Part shown: piece by piece, positions 28,103 to 41,353 of the stretch | Numbering within the stretch: position 1 is the stretch's first letter | How the letters are laid out: each line of letters opens with the position of its first letter | Origin: the human T2T-CHM13v2.0 reference genome, Homo sapiens | DNA length: 64,000 bases | Direction: 5' to 3' (one strand) | NCBI RefSeq assembly: GCF_009914755.1 | Contig: NC_060927.1 | Notes under the pieces: model-generated | What the model saw: the letters and a program-made list of their open reading frames with translations, nothing else | Databases searched by the model: none | What the model was told of the DNA's origin: nothing | Position numbers and translations under genes: made by a program

Positions 28103-28800
28103 TCTGGCCTAGGACTTTCAGTACTACACTGAATGAGAGTGGTGAAAGTGGTCATCCTTTTCTTGCTCTAATTCTTAGGGGGAACGTTTTCAGCTTTTCC
28201 CCATTCAGTATGATGTTGACTGTGGATTTGTTGTATAGCTTTTATTATTTGGAGGTGAGTTGCTCCAATTCCTAGATTGTTGAGAATTTTTATCATTACA
28301 AGATGTTGAATTCCATCAAATGATTTTTCTGCATCTATTGAGATAATCATATGGTTTATGCTTTTAATTCTGTTTATGTGATGAGTCACATTTATTGATT
28401 TGCATATGTTTACCATACTGGTATCCCTGGAATAAAACTCACATTATCGTTTTCATGTTCTGTTGGACTCAGTCTGCTTGTATTTTGTTGAAGATGTTTG
28501 TTTTCCATGTTCATCAGGGACACTGATCTGTAGTTTTCTGTTATTGTTTTATCTTTGCCTGGCTTTGGTATCAGGGTGATACTGGCTTCAGAAAATGAGA
28601 TAGGAAATAGTCCTCTCTTCTTTGATTTTTTGAAGTTTCAGTAGGATTGGTACCGTTACTTCTTTGTGCGTGTTATAGAACTCAGCTCTGAATCTGTCCG
28701 GTCGTGGGCATACAGTAAAAGTCCAGACTTCATCATTAAGTAATGTATCCATGTAACAAAACTGCACTGTACCTCCGAAGTGTATAAAAATTTTTTAAAA
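28103..28800. mobile_element. L1PB-like element: inverted ORF2 segment (28103-28707, -) joined to the last ~90 bp of the 3'UTR (28708-28800, +)
   Basis: ORF 28168..28416 ([26 protein letters not shown]); + part aaagtccagacttcatcattaagtaatgtatccatgtaacaaaactgcac is an L1PB 3' terminus. Confidence 0.8.
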
Positions 28801-29375
28801 AGTAAAAAACAGGGAAATTATTGTGAAAATTGTGGTATGTCTTTATAATAACATTCTGCCACTGGAAAATTACACATTCAAAAATATTTAATTTAACTCA
28901 TTACAATACTCACAATAAAATACAATATTAAAAAGTCATGATGTTAAACTATACATGTAATACAAGTTTTATAACTAAAATCTATTATATATGATTTTTT
29001 AAAAGAACAATTTTATACTTAGATTAAGCAAGTACTATATAGTTGATTCAGAAATACATAGAGACAGATTATTTGCAACAAATAGCCAATGATGTATTCT
29101 TCACAATTTTTTAATAGCTAATTTTTCATAAAAGGTGATAGTTATGAGAAATTAAAGCAATAACTACTATATTAATGTATTCCTGAACTCTCCATTCTGG
29201 AGAATATCAGGAAATATGAGAAAAAGACAAGCAAAAGCAAATAATCAACAGAAGAACATAAAATTCTTTGGTCTTGTCATTTCTGTTGCAATTCCTGTGT
29301 TGAATTAAAATATTAAGGTGCTCTCATGAGAAGACAGTATGATTCAATGTGATTATGTTTTACTAAAATATAAAC

Positions 29376-29494
29376 TTTTTTGTTTTGTTTTGTTTTCGAG
29401 GAGGAGTCTCACTCTTTCGCCCAGGCTAGAGTGCAGTGGAGCGACCTCGGCTCACTGAAGCCTACCCCTCCGGGTTTAAGTGATTCTCCTGCTT
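29376..29494 (-). mobile_element. 5'-truncated Alu (3' ~115 bp of the right monomer)
   Basis: (TTTTG)n tail, then ggagtctcactctttcgcccaggctagagtgcagtgg...gattctcctgc. Confidence 0.85.
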
Positions 29495-32400
29495 TAAAAA
29501 TCATCATATGGGAATCAAACAAACAGAAGAATAAGAGGAATAACATATACCTTTTCTTATAAAAACATGGGATATTAAACGATATGAGGTAAATTATCCC
29601 TTCGAGTCATATATTTTGGCATCTAATTTATGTAACATCTCTTCCATTAAAAGAAGTACTTTTTAAAAGGGTAGACTTCAGTGGTCTTGTCATTGAACAA
29701 AAATTTTGTATTCACTATAAAATAAAATATTATCATTCTTTAAATTTTGTAATTAAGGCTCTTTAACTTATTTTGGTAAAGCAATTTGAAGTGATCTTTA
29801 TAAAATTCTTTTTTAAAAAATTAACTTTAAGTTCTGGGATACATGTGCAGAACATGCAGATTTGTTACATAGGTATACACATTCAATGGTGGTTTGCTGC
29901 ACCCATCAACCCATCATTAGGTATTTATCTTAATGCTAACCTTTACCTTGCCCCCCAACCCACCGACAGGCCCCGGTGTGTGATGTTCCCCTCATTGTGC
30001 CCATGTGTTCTCATTGTTCAACTCCCACTTATGAGTGAGAATATCTGGTGTTTGGTTTTCTCTTCCTGTGTTAGTTTGCTGAGAATGATGGTTTCCAGGT
30101 TCATCCATGTCCCTGCAAAGGACATGAACTCATCCCATTTTATGGCTCCATAGTATTCAATGGTGTATGTGTGCCAAATTTTCTTTATCCAGTCTATCAC
30201 TGGTGGGCATTTGGGTTGGTTCCAAGTCTTTGCTATTGTGAATAGTGCTGCAATAAACATACATGTGCATGTGTCTTTATATTAGAATGATTTAGAATCC
30301 TTTAGGTATATACCCAGTAATGGGATTGCTGGGTCAAATGGCATTTCTGGTTCTAGATCCTTGAGGAATTTCCACAATATCTTCCACAATGGTTGAACTA
30401 ACTTACATTCCCATCAACAGTGTAAAAACATTCCTATTTCTTCACATACTCTCCAGCATCTGTGGTTTCCTGACTTTTTATGATCACCATTCTAACTGGC
30501 GTGAGATGATATCTTATTACAGTTTTGATTTGCATTTCTCTAATGACCAGTGATGATGAGCTTTTTTTCATATGTTTCTTGGCTGCATAAATGTCTTCTT
30601 TTGAGAAGTGTGTATTCATATCCTTCGCCCACTTGTTGATGGGGTTGTTTTTTGTTGTAAATTTGTTTAATTCCTTGTAGATTCTGGATATTAGCCCTTT
30701 GTCAGATGAGTAGATTGCAAAAATTTTCTCCCATTCTGTAAGTTGCCTGTTCACTGTGATGATAGTTTATTTTGCTGTGCAGAAGCTCTTTAGTTTAATT
30801 AGATCCCATTTGTCAATTTTGGCTTTTGCTGCCATTGCTTTTGGTATTTTAGTCATGAAGTCTTTGCCCATGCCTATGTCCTGAATAATAATGCCTAGGT
30901 TTTCTTCTAGGGTTTTTATGGTTTTAGGTCTTACATTTAAGTCTTTAATCCATTGTGAGTTAATTTTTGTATAAGGTGTAAGGAAGGGATCCACTTTCAG
31001 TTTTCTGCATATGGCTAGCCAGTTTTCCCAACACTGTCTATTAAATAGGGAATCCTTTCTGCATCGCTTGTTTTTTTTGTCAGATTTGTCAAAGAGCAGA
31101 TGGTTGTAGATGTGTGGTGTTATTTCTGAGGACTCTGTTCTGTTCCATTGGTCTATATATCTGTTTTGGTACCAGTACCATGCTGTTTGGTTACTGTAGC
31201 CTTGTAGTATAGTTTAAAGTCAGGTAGTGTGATACCTCCATCTTTGTTCTTCTTGTTTAGGAGTGTCTTCACTATATGGGCTTTTTTTTGGTTCCATGTG
31301 AAATTTAAAGTAGTTTTTTCTAATTATGTGAAGAAAGTAAATGGTAGCTTGATGGGGATAACATTGAATCTAAAAATTACTTTAGGCAGTATGGCCATTT
31401 TCACGATATTGATTCTTCCTATCCATGAGCATGGAATGCTTTTCCATTTGTTTGTATCCTCTCTTATTTCCGTGAGCAGTGGTTTGTAGTTCTCCTTGAA
31501 GAGGTCCTTCACATCCCTTGTAAGTTGTATTCCTAGGTATTTTATTCTCTTTGTAGCAATTTTGAATGGGAATTTACTCATGATTTGGCACTCTGTTTGT
31601 CTGTTATTGGTGTATAGAAATGCTTGTGATTTTTGCACATTGATTTTGTATCCTGAGACTTTGCTGAAGTTGCTTATCAGCTTAAGGAGTTTTTGGGCTG
31701 AGATGATGAGGTTTTCTAAATATACAATCATGTCATCTGCAAACAGAGACAATTTGACTTCTCTCTTCCTATTTGAATGCCCTTTATTTCTTTCTCTTGC
31801 CTGATTGTCCTGGCCAGAACTTACAATAGTATGTTGAATAGGAGTGTTGAGAGAGGGCATCCTTGTCTTATGTCAGTTTTCAAAGGGAATGCTTCCAGGT
31901 TTTGCCCATTCAGTATGATATTGTCTGTGGGTCTGTCATAAGTAGCTCTTATTATTTTGAGATATGTTCAATCAATATCTAGTTTATTGAGTGTTTTTAG
32001 TATGAAGGGCTGTTGAATTTTATTGAAGGCCTTTTCTGCATCTATTGAGATAATTATGTGGTTTTGTCATTGGTTCTGTTTATGTGATGAATTATATTTA
32101 TGATTTGCATATGCTGAGCCAGCCTTTCATCCCAGAGATAAAGTCAACTCGATGATGGTGTATAAGTTTTTGATGTGCTGCTAGATTCGGTTTTCCAGTA
32201 TTTTATTGACGATTTTTGCATCGATGTTCATCAGGGATATTCGCCTGAAATTTTCATTTTTTGTTGTGTCTCTGCCAGGTTTTTGTATTAGGATGATGTT
32301 GGCCTCATAAAATGAGTTGGGAGGAGTCCCTCTTTTTCTATGTTTGGAATAGTTTCAGAAGGAATGGTACCAGCTCCTCCTTGTACCCCTGGTAGAATTT

Positions 32401-32526
32401 GGTTGTGAATCCACCTGGTCCTGGTGGTTTTTTTTTTTTTTTTTTTTTTTTTGTTTGGTAGGCTATTAATTACTGCCTCAATTTCAGAACTTGTTATTGG
32501 TATATTCAGGGATTTATCTTTTTCTT

Positions 32527-32829
32527 TTTTTTTCTTTTTTTTTTTTTTTGAGACGGAGTCTCACTGTCGCCCAGGCTGGAGTGCAGTGGTGCAATTTCAG
32601 CTCACTGCAGGCTCCGCCTCCTGGGGTTCACGCCATTCTCCTGCCTCAGCCTCCCGAGTAGCTGGGACTACAGGTGCCCGCCACCTCGCCCGGCTAATTT
32701 TTTGTATTTTTAGTAGAGACGGGGTTTCACTGTGTTAGCCAGGATGGTCTTGATCTCCTGACCTCGTGATCCGCCCGCCTCGGCCTCCCAAAGTGCTGGG
32801 ATTACAGGCGTGAGCCACCGTGCCCGGCC
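32527..32829 (-). mobile_element. AluY, AluYe5-like, inserted in L1PA7 ORF2
   Basis: AluY features plus gagtctcactgtcgccc (2-bp deletion), ctgcaggctcc...ctggggttcacg and gccacctcgcccgg. TSD gatttatctttttctt (32511-32526) / gatttgtctttttctt (32830-32845). Confidence 0.9.
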
Positions 32830-35800
32830 GATTTGTCTTTTTCTTGGTTTAGTTTGGGAGAGTGTTTGTGTCCAGAAATTTATCCATTTCTTCTAGACTT
32901 TCTAGTTTATTTGGATAGGTGTGTTTACAGTATTCTCTGATGTTAGTTTGTATCTCTGTGGGATCAGTGGTGATCATTTTTTATTGTGTCTATTTATCAT
33001 TTTTATTGTGTCTATTTGATTCTTTTCTCTTTTCTTCTTTATTAGTCTAGCTAGTGGTCTATGTATTTTGTTAATCTTTTCAAAAAACCAGCTCCTGGAT
33101 TCATTGATTTTTTGAAGGGTTATTTGAGTCTCTATCTCCTTCAGTTCTGCTCTGATCTTAGCTGTTTCTTGTCTTCTGCTAGCTTTTGAATTTGTTTGCT
33201 CTTGCTTCTCTAGTTCTTTTAATTGTGATATTAGGGTGTTGATTTTAGATCTTTTCCACTTTCTCCTGTGGGCATTTAGTGCTATAAATTTCCCTCTAAA
33301 CACTACTTTAGCTGTGTTTCAGAGATTTTGGTATGTGTGTCTTTGTTCTCTTTGGTTTCAAAGAACTTAGTTTTTTCTCCCTAATTTCATTATTTACTCA
33401 GTAGTCATTCAGGAGCAGGTTGTTCAATTTCCATGTGGTTGTGTGGTTTTGAGTGTGTTTCTTAATCCTGAGTTCTAATTTGATTGCACTGTGATCTGAG
33501 AGACTGTTTGTTATGATTTCTATTACTTTGCATTTGCTGAGGAGTGTTTTACTTCCAATTATGTGGTTGATTTTAGAATAAGTGCTGTGTGGTGCTGAGA
33601 AAAATGTATATTCTATTGATATGGGGTGGAGAGTTGTGTAGATTTCTATTAGGTCTGTTTGGTCTAGAGAGATGAGTTCAAGTCCTGAATATCCTTGTTA
33701 ATTTTCTGTCTTATTGATCTGTCTAATATTGACAGTGGGTTGTTAAATATCCCACTATTATTGTGTGGGAATCTAAGTCTCTTTCTAAGTCTATAAGAAC
33801 TTGCTTTATGAATCTGGGTGCTCCTGTATTGGGTGTATATATATTTAGGATAGTTAACTCTTCTCATTGCATTGATCCATTTACCATTATGTAATGCCCT
33901 TCTTTGTCTTTTTTAATATTTGTTGGTTTAATGTCTGTTTTATCAGAGACTAGGATTGCAACCCCTGCTTTTTTTTTTCTTTCCATTTGATTGATAAATC
34001 TTCCTCCATCCCTTTATTTTGAGCCTATGTGTGTCTTTGCACATGAGATGGGTCTCCTGAATACAGCACACCAATGGGTCTTGACTCCTTATTCCAATGT
34101 GCCTGTCTGTGCCTTTTAATTGGGACATTGAATCTGTTTACATTTATGGTTAATATTTGCATGTGTTAATTTGATCCTGTCATTATGATGCTGGCTAGTT
34201 ATTTTCCCCATTAGTTGATGCAGTTTCTGCATAGCTTCAGTGGTCTTTAAATTTTGGGTTGTTTTTCAGTAGCGGGTACCAGTTTTTCCTTTCCATATTT
34301 AGTGCTTCCTTCAGGAGTTCTTGTAAAGCTGGTCTGGTGGTGACAAAATCCCTCAGCATTTGCTTGCTGTAAAGGATTTTATTTCTCATTCAATTATGAA
34401 GCTTATTTGGCTGGATATGAAATTCTGGGTTGAAAATTACTTTCTTTACAAATGTTGAATATTGGCCCCCACTGTCTTCTGGCTTGTAGGGTTTCTGCAG
34501 AGAGATCTGCTCCTAGTCTGATGGGTTTCCCTTTGTGGGTAACCCGACCTTTCTCTCTGGCTGCTCTTAACATTTTTTCCTTCATTTCAACCTTGGTGAA
34601 TCTGACAATTATGTGTCTTGGGGTTGCACTTCTCAGGGTGTATCTTTGTGGTGTTCTTTGTATTTCCTGAATTTGAACGTTGACCTGTCTTGTTAGGTTG
34701 GGGAAGTTCTCCTAGATAATATCCTGAAGTGTGTTTTCCAACTTGGTTCCATTCTCCCCTTCACTTTCACGTACACCAATCAAATGTAGATTTGGTCTTT
34801 TCAAATAGTCCCATATTTCTTGGAGGCTTTGTTTATTCCTTTTCATTGTTTTTTCTCTAATCTTGTCTTCACATTTTATTTCATTAAGTTGATCTTCAAT
34901 CTCTAATATCCTTTCCTCCGCTTGACTGATTTAGATATTGATACTTGTGCATGCTTCACAAAGTTCTCGTGCTGTGTTTTTCAGCTCTGTCGGTCTTTTA
35001 TATTCTTCTCTAAACTGGTTATTCTAGTTAGCAATTCATCTAACCTTTTATCAAGGTTCTTAGCTTCCTTGCCTTGGGTTAGAACATGCTACTTTAGCTT
35101 GGAGGATTTTATTACTCACTTTCGGAAGCCCACTTCTGTCAATTCGTCAAACTCATTCTCTGTCCAGTTTTGTTCCCTTGCTGGTGAGGAGTTGTGAATC
35201 TTTGGAGAAGAGGCATTCTTGTTTTTGGAATTTTCAGCCTTTTGGCACTGTTTTTTTCTCATCTTCATGGATTTGTCTACCTTTGGTCTTTGCTGTCGGT
35301 GACCTTTGGATGGAGTTTTTGCATGGTTGTCCTCTCTGTTGATGCTATCGCTTTCTGTTTGCTAGTTTTCCTTCTAACAGTCAGGCTCCTCTTCTGCAGG
35401 TCTGCTGGAGTTTGCTGTGGGTCCACTCCAGATCCTGTTTCCCTGGGTATCACCAGCAAAGGCTTCAGAACAGCAAATATTGCTGCTTGCTCCTTCCTCT
35501 GGAAGCTTTGTCTCAGAGGGTCACCCACCTAATGCCAGCCGTAGCTCTCCTGTGTGAGGTGTCTGTTGACCCCTGCTGGGAGGTGTCTCCCCATCAGGAG
35601 GCACGGGGGTCAGGGACCCACTTGAAGAGGCAGTCTGTCCCTTAGCAGAGCTCCAGCGCTGTGCTGGGAGATCTGCTGCTCTCTTCAAAGCTTGCAGGCA
35701 GGAACATTTAAGTCTGCTGAAGCGGCTCCCACAGACACCCCTTCCCCCGGGTGCTCTGTCCCAGGGAGATGGGAGTTTTATCTATTAGCCCCTGACTGTG

Positions 35801-36583
35801 GCTGCTGTCTTTCTTTCAGTGATGCCCTGCCAAGAGAGCAGGAATCTAGAGAGGCAGTCTGACTACAGTGGCTTTGTGGTGCTGCAGTGCACTCTGCCTA
35901 GTCCTAACTTCCCAGTGGTGTTGTTTACACTGTGAGGGGAAAACCACCTACTCAAGCCTCAGTAACGGCGGATGCCCCTCCCCCCACCAAGCTTGAGTGT
36001 TCCAGGCCGACTTCCCACTGCTGTGCTGGCAGCAAGAATTTCAAGCCAGTGGATTTTAGCTTTTTTGGGCTCCATGGGGGTAGGATCTGCTGAGCAAGAC
36101 CACTTGGATCCCTGGCTTCAGCCTCTTTTCCAGGTGAGTGAAGGGTTTTCTCTCACTGGTGTTCCACTGGAGTACGGAAAAAAAAAAAACAAAAAACCTC
36201 CTGCAGCTAGCTCGGTGTCTGCCCAAACAGCTGCCCAGTTGTGCGCTTGAAACCCAGGGCCCTGGTGGTATAGGCACTTGAGGGAATCTCTTGGTCTGCT
36301 CGTTGCGAAGATCGTAGGAAAAGCATAGTATCTGGGCTGGATAGCACTGTCCATCACGGCACAGTCCCTCATGGCTTTCCTTGACTAGGGGAGGGGGTTC
36401 CCTGACCCCTTGCACTTTCTGGGTGAGGCAATGCCCCACCCTGCTTCTGCTGGCCCTCCATGGACTGCACCTACTGTCTAGCCAGTCCCAGTGAGATAAA
36501 CTGGGTACCTCAGTTGGATGCAGAAATCACCTGCCTTCTGCATTGGTGTCGCTGGGCGGGGCAGACCAGAGCTGTTCCTATTC

Positions 36584-36593
36584 GGCCATCTTG
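36584..36593 (-). promoter_or_regulatory. Intact YY1 site of the L1 internal promoter (CAAGATGGCC)
   Basis: ggccatcttg at the extreme 5' end of the full-length L1PA7, the canonical L1 YY1 position. Confidence 0.75.
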
Positions 36594-36984
36594 CCTGGGA
36601 AAATTTTTATAAAATTAAAATGTTAAAATTATTTTGCACATCACCAGAAAGCTTGTGTTATCTGATGGAAGCATTTGTGTTATGTAATTAAACTGAAGTG
36701 TCAATATCATTTTAATTGTATTCATTCTTCCCACACGGTGAACTTTAGCATTGACTATCTAGCAAGAACCTCCGGAGTGAGTTTTATACTAGAATCAAAT
36801 TAACTTTAATTATTTTGTCAAAGTCTCTTATAATTGTAATATCCTTGATGCATCAAATTTGAAGATAACGATTTAGATGCCACTGAAGGAAAACTGTTGA
36901 AATAGAAAATTTTTATTTTATATTGTTTATTATTTTTAATATTAAGTGTTCCTAATCTTATAATATTAAGGTGTTAAAAATGTT

Positions 36985-37430
36985 ATTAGTGGTGTAATTT
37001 TAGTCCCACCCATTTCACTTTGTTCCATCTCAGACGTTAATGATAGGCTGCCCTCATATAGGCTGACAACTTCTGTGACTCTCTCTCAGAGCGTTTGGAA
37101 TGCTCTGCCTGGACTCCAAGCAGCTCAGAAGTACCAGAGAATTAAAGCACCAGAGAAAAATTTCAAAATTATGCAATAAGGATTGGTGGATAAATACCCT
37201 TTCACCCTTCAGTATGATTCTGAGACATGCTTAACAAAGTTTCCACGTTCCCAGTGGGGTTGAACCCCAGTTGCCCACATCACTAAATCACTCATACATG
37301 TACTTTCTTGCTTTTCCTCCCTTTCTTGTTGTCTCTATCCTCCTTTCCTTCACAGTTTTTTCTGGTATTACTTTTGAAACAGTTACTTAGTCCCACCCCT
37401 TTTCTTAGGGTCTACACTTGAAGAATGGAT
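36985..37430 (+). mobile_element. LTR16C-like solo LTR
   Basis: gcagctcagaagtaccagagaattaa...ggattggtggataaataccc...cccagtggggttgaaccccagttgcccac...ttagggtctac. Confidence 0.65.
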
Positions 37431-37726
37431 AATACTATCCTTGAAATATTGTTGGTCAATTTTTGAATCATTCAAAGACAAAGTTAAACTCACTCTATAT
37501 AATATGTAACACATTTGTACCACAAAGACCATGCAAAATGGCATTAAAACTATCTGAGTCAAACATCAAACATCTACCATTTAGATTTAACATTTAGAAG
37601 TTTTATAGTACTGCATCTCTTGAAATAAAATATTCTGCATACAAGCATTAAAATTAATAAATTGAAGATTCTGAGTTACTCTTTATTATATATAGTGAGC
37701 CACAATGAATTTGAATAATAAGTATG

Positions 37727-38130
37727 TGTATTAGTTTGTTCTTGCATTGCTGTAAAGTAACAGCTGATACTCATTAATTTATAAAGTAAAAAGGTTTAAC
37801 TAGCTCATGGTTCTGCAGGATGTACCATGAAGTATATTTGGGAAGACTTCAGGAAGATTCCAGTCATGGCTGAAGGCAAAGCAGGAGCAGGCGTCTCACA
37901 TGGCAGGAGCCTGAGCAAGAGAGAGTGAGAGGGTGGTGCTACACACTTTTAAAGAACCAAATCTCACAAGAACTCAGGATTATGAGAAGAGCACCAAGAA
38001 GATGGTGCTAAACCATTCATGAGAAACCCACCCCCATGATTTAATTATCTCCCACCAAGCCCCACCTTCAATATTAGGAACAACAATCTGATATACAGCT
38101 TGGGCAGGGACACAGATCCAAACCATATCA
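37727..38130 (-). mobile_element. MSTA solo LTR with perfect 5-bp TSD GTATG
   Basis: tgtattagtttgttcttgcattgct ... cagatccaaaccatatca; gtatg at 37722-37726 and 38131-38135. Confidence 0.92.
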
Positions 38131-38792
38131 GTATGTTAGAAAAACTTAAGAAATAATAAGAAACCAGCAATATTTAGGGAGTATCAAATCTAATATGTTC
38201 TCTGTTTACATTGGCAACTTTGAAAATTAAAGAGAAAGAGTGACATGGTGAGAATGGTAAAGTAAGAAAGGCTAAAAAATAAATCTGTCCTTCCATAGAA
38301 GCAACAACAATATCTGTCAAAATTCTCAGAATCAACTCTTTCAGAATACTGGACATTAACACAAAAACTGCAGCAATTAGGTCAATGCTTATTCAAGGAG
38401 AAACCAGTTATCTCTAAGTAAGAAGAGTGAGCTTTTGGCATTTCAATCTACTTTGGTCTATCTTCCATATTGCAAGTCAGTGAATGGTCTTGAAGAAAAC
38501 AGCCGCCATTTCCAGTACAGGTATTGATTATAGACAGCAGAACAGATTTCATTCACCATACGTTTTTTAAAAAGGGTAGTTGTTTGGGCTTGCCTGGTGG
38601 TTGCATGGAGGAAAGAATCAATTACTTTTATATTGCCTAACCCTGATCTCTCCTTGTGCTAAGGTGGGTACCCAGGGAGAATGTAATGAAAACAAAGTTC
38701 TACTTTTAGCTGTAATGTAAGCTCTGTGTAGGCAGGCAGTGAAGGGTAAGGTAGAGTTATAAACCACTTGAATAAAGCTAAAGGAATGCCCC

Positions 38793-38793
<1 letters not shown>

Positions 38794-38831
<38 letters not shown>
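38794..38831. repeat. (CA)n microsatellite
   Basis: Pure AC run. Confidence 0.95.
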
Positions 38832-38833
<2 letters not shown>

Positions 38834-41353
38834 TTTGCAAAAAAGGGCTAAGTGGGGGGTGGTTAATTTTGGTTCTAAGAATTAAAATAAAAAAATCTGT
38901 TCAATCACTAGCTGAACCTTAAGCTAATGAATCAGGTATTTCATAGTTCACACATGACGAAACATAAAGAATTTTCAAATCTTGTCAGAAAAGTCACTAA
39001 ACATGCAGTTACAATCAGCAACAACAAACCCTGAGAAAAGAAAAAAATTACTTCCAGAGTTGAGTACATAATGTTTAGTTTTCAACAAATAAATTATAAG
39101 GCATGCAAAGAAACAAGAAAATACAACCCAAACTATATATTTAAGAGAAATTAACTAATTGCTATAAAATAAGATGCTAATTGTAATCCCTAGGATAACC
39201 ACCAATAAAATAACTGAAATACAGTGAAAGAAACAAAGAAGTAAATTAAATGATGTACTAGAAAATTATTTAACACAAAAGAAAGCAGCAATGGAGGAAC
39301 TGAGAAACCAAAGGACATGAGACATATAACAAACAAATTGCCATTTGACAGAGTATTTCCTTATCTATTTGTGTTAAATGTAAATTGACTAAATTTTCCA
39401 ATAAAAAGGCAGACATGAGCTAAATGAGAAAATATTTCTCAATTATATGCTTATAAGATATTGATTTTAAATTTAAAAACATAATAGGTTAAAAATAGAA
39501 TGACAAAAAGCCATTCCATGCAAACTGCAACCAAAAATGAGATGTAGCAGCCATATTAATATCAAAATTAATATATGTTATGATAAAAAAGTGGAACAAG
39601 AAATAAAGAAGAATATTATATTAACATAATAGAATCAATATATCTGGGAAATATAATAAACATATAAGCTGTTAACAACAAAGCTCCAAAATAAATAAAG
39701 CAAATATTGACCGAATTGCAAGAAAAAATAGGCAGCTTAAAAATGATAGCATAAGACTTAAATACGTCACTTTCAATAATGGATAGGGCAACTGGATAGA
39801 AAATAAGAAATGAAATAAAAGACTTAACACTATAAACCAACTGGTCCTAACTGACAGTATTCTCTGCAGTGTTCCGTAGGGAACACTCCATTCAGTAACA
39901 GACCAACGTATATTCTTCTCAACTGCACATGAAATATTCTCCTGGAGAGACCAGTTGTTAGGCCACAAAAATCTCGATAAACTTTAAAATACTGAAATGA
40001 TACAAACTATATTTACTAGCTGTCATAAAAATATAGTAGAAATCAATAACAGAAAGTAAGTTAGAATATTCAAAATTATGTGAAAATTTAAAACACATTC
40101 TTTAATAACCAATGGATCAAAGAAGAAATCACAAGGGAAATTAGAAAATATTGTTATATTAAGGAATATGGAAACAAAACATGACAAAACTTATGGGATA
40201 CATAGAGTACAGGGTCCAGTGTCAATACTTGCACTAAAAACCTAGAACAGTCTCAGATTAATAACCTAATATAAAAGATGAGAAAACTAAGTCCAAAATT
40301 AGCAGAAGGAGGGAAATAATAAAGATCAGAAAATAATTACGTGTAATAAAGAGTAGTAAAACAAGAGAACTTCTAAAATGCCAAGATTGCTTATTTTAAA
40401 AGATCAACAAAATTGACATCTTTACCCAAATTGGTCAACAAATAAGATTGAATACTCAAATTAATATGCTCAAGAATGAAAGTATAGAGCTTACTACTAA
40501 CATTACAGAAATAATAAAAAAAATCACAGAGAATACTGTAAAAATTGTATGCCAAAACATCAGATAATCTAAATTAAATACACAAATTGCTGGAAATTCA
40601 CCAGCTAATAAAACTCAAGAAAAAATAGAAAATCTTAATAGAACTATAGCAAGTAAGAAGATTTCATTAGAAATCAAAACACTTTCAAAAAATATCAGGA
40701 GCAGTTGTTTTAACTGGCGATTTTTATCAAATGTTCAAAGATCAATTAACACCATTCCTTCTCAAAATTTTCCAGACAACAAAGGAGGTGAAAACCCTTC
40801 CTAATTCTTTCTGTGAGGCCAGTATTATTCTGTATCAAAGAAAGATAAATACAACACAAGGGAAAAAACGGAGCAATATATTCTATGAATATAGATGCCA
40901 AAATTCTCAAGAAAATACTAGTAAACCAAATGTAGAAACCTTTTAAAATAATTACATATTATGATCATATGTGATTTATTCCAGGAATGCAAAAGTTATT
41001 TTCTGTATAAAAGTCAATGTAGTACACTGTATTAACAGAATTAAAGAAAATAACTATTATCTCAATAGACGCAAAAAAGGAATTTAACAGGATCTGTATT
41101 ATTTCATGTTAAAAACTCCACAAGTCAAGAATAAAAAATAAATTGTTCACCTGGATAAAGACACTGAATAACCCACAGATAAAATACCATACTTTATTGT
41201 GCAATGCTGAAAGCTTTTCCCCAAATAACTGAAGCAAGAAAAGGATGTCTGCTTTTACCATTTCCATTCATTGTTGTATTTAAAGTTTTAGTCAGGTCAA
41301 AAAGGTTGAAAAAGAAAATAAAACATATTCAAATTGTATAGAAAGAAAGTCAA

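Larger units (their letters stand above)
29808..36602 (-). mobile_element. Full-length L1PA7-like LINE-1, ORFs disrupted, 14-bp TSD
   Basis: 3'UTR, ORF2 (31324..31860 [12 protein letters not shown]; 33943..34128 CCIQETHL, EN domain), ORF1 (34403..34585 MKEKMLRAAREKG), 5'UTR to ...ggccatcttg. TSD atctttataaaatt (29794-29807) / atttttataaaatt (36603-36616). Confidence 0.95.

Noticed and set aside
30018-34585. RT, endonuclease and ORF1-like peptides suggesting an active retroelement or novel RT system
   Set aside because: Ordinary L1PA7 ORF1/ORF2 broken by many stops, frameshifts and an Alu; not functional.
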